A stretch of 63,894 bases of DNA, counting the filler, from Chiloscyllium plagiosum (Eukaryota), in the NCBI RefSeq assembly GCF_004010195.1. It is 4 parts of one record of this genome, joined end to end, with 100 filler letters (N's around TTAATTAATTAA, not from the genome) between each part and the next. Parts side by side here need not be neighbours in the genome. Positions count along the whole stretch, not along the records: positions 61,315 to 63,894 come from NC_057713.1; 3 more parts are not named here. The stretch is one strand, 5' to 3'. A program made the position numbers and the translations under genes. Below, piece after piece: positions 62,511 through 63,894 of this stretch; position 1 is the first letter of the stretch, and every line of letters begins with the position of its first letter. The notes below the pieces were generated by a model, which saw only the letters and a program-made list of their open reading frames with translations, did not search any database and was not told the origin of the DNA.

Positions 62511-62974
62511 GTTGGCACATGTCATCGCACTTGAAATTTCATTCTTTAATGGCATGACTTGTGAAGCGGGATGAAGTGGGCAAAAGAAGCAAGAATTTTG
62601 GAAGAGTTGGGGGGAGCAAACTGATGTACCATTTTCCCTGTTCATAAGAGTTCACAGGTTCCAGGCTATATGTTCACTGGAAGTGTTATCCCTGGCAGCT
62701 GAAAGTAAGTTCTGGACCACGTGAAGGGTTAATGCTCTTTGGTGTTGGAGTGGGAATGACTAAGTGAAGTGAGAAGTTTCAGGAAAAAGGCATGAGCCTC
62801 AATGAGAGGTGGATGCAGTAGCAGATATCGAGTGAGTGTGACATATTAGAGAGACAATGGTGGAACTTAAGCTGGCAGCATGGAAAAGTACATGGACCTT
62901 CTTTCTGCTGCACCAGACTGAGGTAACTTTAACATGGGTGGGAGCCTCAGATAAGGCTGGTAGGATCAAATGTT

Positions 62975-63719
62975 GTAGGTTATGGTCGAGCCTTTTAACT
63001 TGCCAAACATAGACTGGGACTGCCATAGTGTTAAGGGATTAGATAGAAAGGAATTTGTTAAGAGTGTAGAAGAAAATTTTCTGATTCAGTATGTGGATGT
63101 ACCTACTACAGAAGGTGCAAACCTTGATCAACTCTTGGGAAATAAGGCAGGGCAGGTGACTGAGGTGTCAGTGGGGGAGCACGTTGGGGCCAGCGACCAT
63201 AATTCTATTAGTTTCAAAATCGTAATGGAAGAGGATAGACCAGATCTAACAGTTGAAGTTCTAAATTGGAGGAATGCTAATTTTGACGGTATTAAGCAAG
63301 AATTTTAAAAAGGTGATTGGGGGCAGGTAAAGGGACGGCTGGAAAATGGGAAGCCTTCAGAAATGAGATAACGAGAATCCAGAAACAATATATTCCTGTT
63401 AGGGTGAAAAGAAAGGCTGGTAGGTGTAGGGAATGCTGGATGACGAGAAAAATTGAGGATTTGGTTAAGAAAAAGAAGGAAGCATATGTCAGGTATAGAC
63501 AGGAGAAATCGAGTGAATCCTCAGAAGACTATAAAGAATACTTAAAAGGGAAATCAGGAGGGAAAAAAAGGGACATGAGATAGCTTTGGCAAATAGAATT
63601 AAGGAGAATCCAAAGGGTTTTTGCAAATATATTAAGGACAAAAGGGTAACTAGGGAGAGAATAGGGCTCCTCAAAGATCAGCAAGGCGGCCTTTGAATAG
63701 GCCCCCTCAAAGATCAGCA
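62975..63719 (+). mobile_element. CR1 ORF2 fragment, same family as 39690-41763
   Basis: FNLPNIDWDCHSVKG..ASDHN..NANFDGI is near-identical to ORF 39720-40205. Confidence 0.92.
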
Positions 63720-63894
63720 GGCCAGGCAGCATCAGGGGAGCAGGAGAATCGACATTTCGGCATAAGCCCTTCTTCAGGAGTGAGGCTGGTGTGACAAGCG
63801 AGCTGAGATAAAAGGTGGTGTGGGAATTTGGGGGAGGGGCGCAGGGAATACGATAGGTGGAAGGAGGTGAGGGTGAGGGTGATAGGCCAGAGAG
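63720..63894 (-). mobile_element. Penelope family A pLTR with hammerhead motif (63747-63780)
   Basis: Reverse complement CTC-CTGAAGA-A-GGGC-ttat-GCC-GAAA-TG-TC. Confidence 0.78.

Noticed and set aside
61860..62970. Possible Harbinger-like transposase remnant and a donor site at 61943
   Set aside because: Too degenerate to support by eye.

Overview
Vertebrate genomic DNA, most likely from a shark, judged by HE1/V-SINE, DeuSINE and elasmobranch-type CR1 and Penelope repeats. The only recognisable host gene is the 5' part of rotatin (RTTN) on the + strand. It has a CpG-island promoter at ~11.46-11.94 kb (GC boxes, NRF1 site, ACTACA-ZNF143 site) and ten phase-consistent GT-AG coding exons from 11943 to 38379. 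One expected exon is missing, probably in the 500-N gap, and no further RTTN exon was found downstream. The rest is a mosaic of CR1/L2 LINE fragments, SINEs, pogo/Tigger-type MITEs and minisatellites. The most notable hidden layer is more than ten minimal type-I hammerhead ribozyme motifs (CUGANGA...GAAA..UH with palindromic stem III) from at least three, possibly five, Penelope-like element families. They include a fold-back copy next to RTTN exon 6 and a TSD-bounded inverted-pLTR element enclosing a 50-bp minisatellite. Also present are an ORF1-only CR1 derivative, a ~1.6-kb-arm palindrome, an in-frame tandem duplication in RTTN exon 8, and artificial TTAATTAATTAA contig linkers; several of these may be assembly artefacts. 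Family names and homologies come from recall, not database searches.
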